A stretch of DNA of 64,000 nucleotides. It comes from Malacoraja senta. Taxonomy: Eukaryota. Location: positions 2,172,001 through 2,236,000 of the forward strand of contig CM075994.1 of NCBI GenBank assembly GCA_038087875.1. The letters run 5' to 3'. Shown piece by piece: positions 61,140-64,000 of this stretch. The stretch's first letter is position 1. Each line of letters opens with the position of its first letter. The notes below the pieces were generated by a model, which was not told where the DNA came from, ran no database searches, and worked only from the letters and a program-made list of their open reading frames with translations. Position numbers and translations under genes: made by a program.

Positions 61140-63100
61140 ATCCTTCTGTTCTAATGTCAATTAATAACAAGCCAGTGAAGGCCAAGCTAGACACGGGTGC
61201 CCTCGTGAATGTAATGTCTGTGCACATCTACAACAAGATAAGGAATAATGAGGCCTTGACTAGAGACAAGTCCACATTATATGCTTATGGGGGGGAGGTC
61301 TTGCAATTACTGCAAGACCACTTTCAAATGCGTGCTGAAAAACACCACAAGAAATCTAACTTTCTATGTTTTGAATTCTGACTCTACTGGGCATCCATGC
61401 GTGCCAAGACTTAGGGCTAGTCTCCTTTGACCGGTCTGTTCACAAGCTACTAATTTCTGAGGACCCGAAAAAAGAATACCCTGATCTATTCGATGGCAAA
61501 CTAGGCAAGCTGCCTGTGACCTACAAGATATCCATTGACCCCAACGTTGACCCAGTCGGCCATGGACCCCACCATGTGCCACACGCTATGAAAGACAGAA
61601 TTGAGTCTGAACTAAAAAAACATGGTCTCCTTGGGCGTACTAGCCGAGATCAGCGATCCCACTGACTGGGTTTCCACCATGGTTGCCACCCTTAAGAAGG
61701 ACAAAAGCAAGCTGCGTGTATGCATCAATCCAAAAGATTTAAACGCTGCCATCAGGCGTCCACATTATCCTATGAGGACTGTTGAGGACGTCGCTGCGCA
61801 GATCGGGCGAGCAACAGTATTTTCAGTCCTCGACGCAAAAAGCTTGTTTTGGCAGATACCACTAGATGACGAGTCATCAAACCTGACCACATTCGCCACT
61901 CCGTTTGGCAGATTCAAATTTCTCAGAATGCCGTTCGGCATTAACTCGGCCAGCGAAGTCTTCCAGAGAAACATGGAACTGCTGTTCCAGGGACTCCCGT
62001 GTGCCATCATCGTAGACGAAATCCTGGTATATGGCAAAGACACAGCAGAGCATGACAACAACCTAAAGCTTATCATGGACCGGGCACGTCAAATCAACCT
62101 GAAATTCAACCCTAACAAGTGCAAGTTCAGGGTTCCAGAGGTCACATATGTTGGACATGTTTTCACTCCTGACGGTCTTAAACTCGATCCGAAGAAAACT
62201 GCTGCCATCACAGAGATGCCAGCCCCCACCGACGTGTTTAGCCTACAACGATTCCTGGGTATGGTGAACTATCTGGGAAAGTTCATACCGAACCTCAGTG
62301 AACTGAGTTTGCCTCTGAGACAACTCACTCGGAAGGATGCTGCCTGGTCCTGGTTCCAGCAACACCAACAAGCATTTGACTCTTTAAAGTCGAGGCTGAC
62401 CAGCTTTCCACCTTGACGTTCTTCGACCTGAGGCGTCCTGTCACGGTTACCTGCGATGCCTCGAACTTGATTTACTGCCCTCTATCACATCAGAAATGGT
62501 AATTCAAAAGCTACAGAGACACTTCTCCACATTCGGCACACCTGTCCGCTTGCAAACCGACAACGGAAGACAATTTACCAGCCACGCCTTCAAACACTTT
62601 GCTAACCGATGGAATGTCCACCATGTCACGAGCAGCACCGAATACCCACAAAGTAACGGGCTCGCTGAACGGGCCGTCAGAAGCGCAAAACAGCTAATGG
62701 AACGCGCCCACCTAGCCAAGTCGGATGTGTACCTCGACCTTTTAAACCTCAGAAACATCGCTAGAGACGGGGTCCTGGGCTCACCAGCCCAACGCCTGAT
62801 GTCCAGAACAACGAGACCACCGATACCGATTGCCCAGCAGAAGCTGGCACCACAGGTGCTGAAGCCAGCCACGATCCAGAAGCGCATCCAGGAGAAACAC
62901 GACATCCAGAAACGATCACATGGCAAATCGAGCAAACCACTTCAACCACTACTGCCGGGTTGGCCAAGTCGTCCGCTTGCAAGATACTATGGGACATTCC
63001 CGTCTAGGTTGTGTTGTTGGCCCATCCAAAGAACCCCGATCCTACCTTGTTGACATCGATGGCGTCTTGTACCGTCGGAGCCGCCAACACTTGCTAGCTG
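61140..63100 (+). pseudogene. Gypsy pol remnants: protease, RT, partial RNase H, integrase core
   Basis: LDTGA at 61187-61201; LRVCINPKDLN, TTFATPFGRFKFLRMPFG, IVDEILV (second catalytic D changed to E); TCDAS joined directly to integrase ...QTDNGRQF...YPQSNGLAERAV. Confidence 0.9.
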
Positions 63101-63450
63101 TGAAGGAACCACATCCTCCACCAGCCGATCCTTTCGCTCCACCTCTACTGTTCCAGCCGTCTGCTGCCGTGGCCACCACTAGTTCCAGCATGTCCCTTAC
63201 TCCACCATGACCGGCGGCTATGACTAACAACAACACTATCCTCTCCCGCATGCTCCCCCTGTCGGTCACCACGAGTGTCCCCTGCTGCTTTCTCACTTCC
63301 GGGTTCACCGCCTCCCTCTAACTTTCTGGCGAAGAGGGAGAGGGGTTGGTCCGTACGCGTTTGGGCCGTATTAGTAGACCGCCTCACAGATATGGCGAGC
63401 ATGTTTGAATTCTAAGTTGCATGTGTGTTTAACTATATTCGCTCTTTACG

Positions 63451-63560
63451 GGTTATTGCATGTGAACCAATCATAGTAGAATAGCATCACTATCCCCACC
63501 CTACTGTATGATTCATACTAACACCCACTTCCTTTACTGGTCAGTCTTGGAAGCGGTAAC
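63451..63560 (+). repeat. Partial 3' LTR, interrupted by CR1
   Basis: Direct repeat of 59884-59993; lacks the first approximately 8 LTR bases and any clear PPT. Confidence 0.88.
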
Positions 63561-64000
63561 ATAGAAACATAGGAAATAGGTGCAGGAGTAGGCCATTCGG
63601 CCCTTCGAGCCTGCACCGCCATTCGATATGATCATGGCTGATCATCCAACTCAGTATCCCATCCCTGCCTTCTCTCCATACCCCCTGATCCCTTTAGCCA
63701 CAAGGGCCACATCTAACTCCCTCTTAAATATAGCCAATGAACTGGCCTCAACTACCTTCTGTGGCAGAGAATTCCACAGATTCACCACTCTCTGTATAAA
63801 AAATGATTTTCTCATCTCGGTCCTAAAAGATTTCCCTCTTAACCTTAAACTGTGACCCTTAGTTCTGGACTTCCCCAACATCGGGAATAATCTTCCTGCA
63901 TCTAGCCTGTCCAACCCCTTAAGAATTTTGTACGTTTCTATAAGATCCCCCCTCAATCTTCTAAATTCTAGCGTGTACAAGCCGAGTCTATCCAGTCTTT
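63561..64000 (-). mobile_element. Young CR1 LINE 3' end inserted into the Gypsy 3' LTR (runs off the window)
   Basis: atagaaacatagg tail; near-identical to the 12034 and 28377 copies. Confidence 0.93.

Larger units (their letters stand above)
59876..63560 (+). mobile_element. Ty3/Gypsy LTR retrotransposon, defective
   Basis: 5' LTR TGTA...TACA (59876-60088), PBS TGGTGTCA at 60089, gag-PR-RT-IN order, partial 3' LTR 63451-63560. Confidence 0.93.

Overview
Eukaryotic (vertebrate) genomic DNA. The repeat content (HE1-type V-SINEs, HER1/CR1 LINEs, Penelope remnants) points to a cartilaginous fish, most likely a skate or ray; this is an inference. The window holds one complete protein-coding gene on the + strand, TULP4 (tubby-related protein 4; WD40 repeats, SOCS box, tubby-like domain). 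It has 14 coding exons from ATG 416 to TGA 48390, all introns are GT-AG with consistent phases, and the spliced CDS is 4611 nt (1536 aa). The gene starts in a CpG island and is followed by a repeat-poor candidate 3'UTR of about 6.4 kb. Introns and the downstream region are full of transposable elements: CR1 and Rex1/Babar LINE fragments, V-SINEs, a Tc1 fragment, Penelope fragments and foldbacks with hammerhead-ribozyme-like cores, Harbinger and hAT MITEs, a 2.07 kb Helitron, a 1.04 kb TIR element with a 7-bp TSD, and an internally deleted Gypsy LTR element. There is a 200-N assembly gap at 1331-1530. Main observations: (1) the tubby domain looks split by two insertions, one about 800 aa and rich in PPxY motifs; (2) skipping exon 13 gives a 678-aa short isoform; (3) exon 3 begins with an AG|GTGAGT recursive-splice-type junction; (4) Penelope-derived hammerhead-like motifs are dispersed through the locus, including one in the putative 3'UTR. 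Similarities to known proteins and TE families are from recall, not from a database search.
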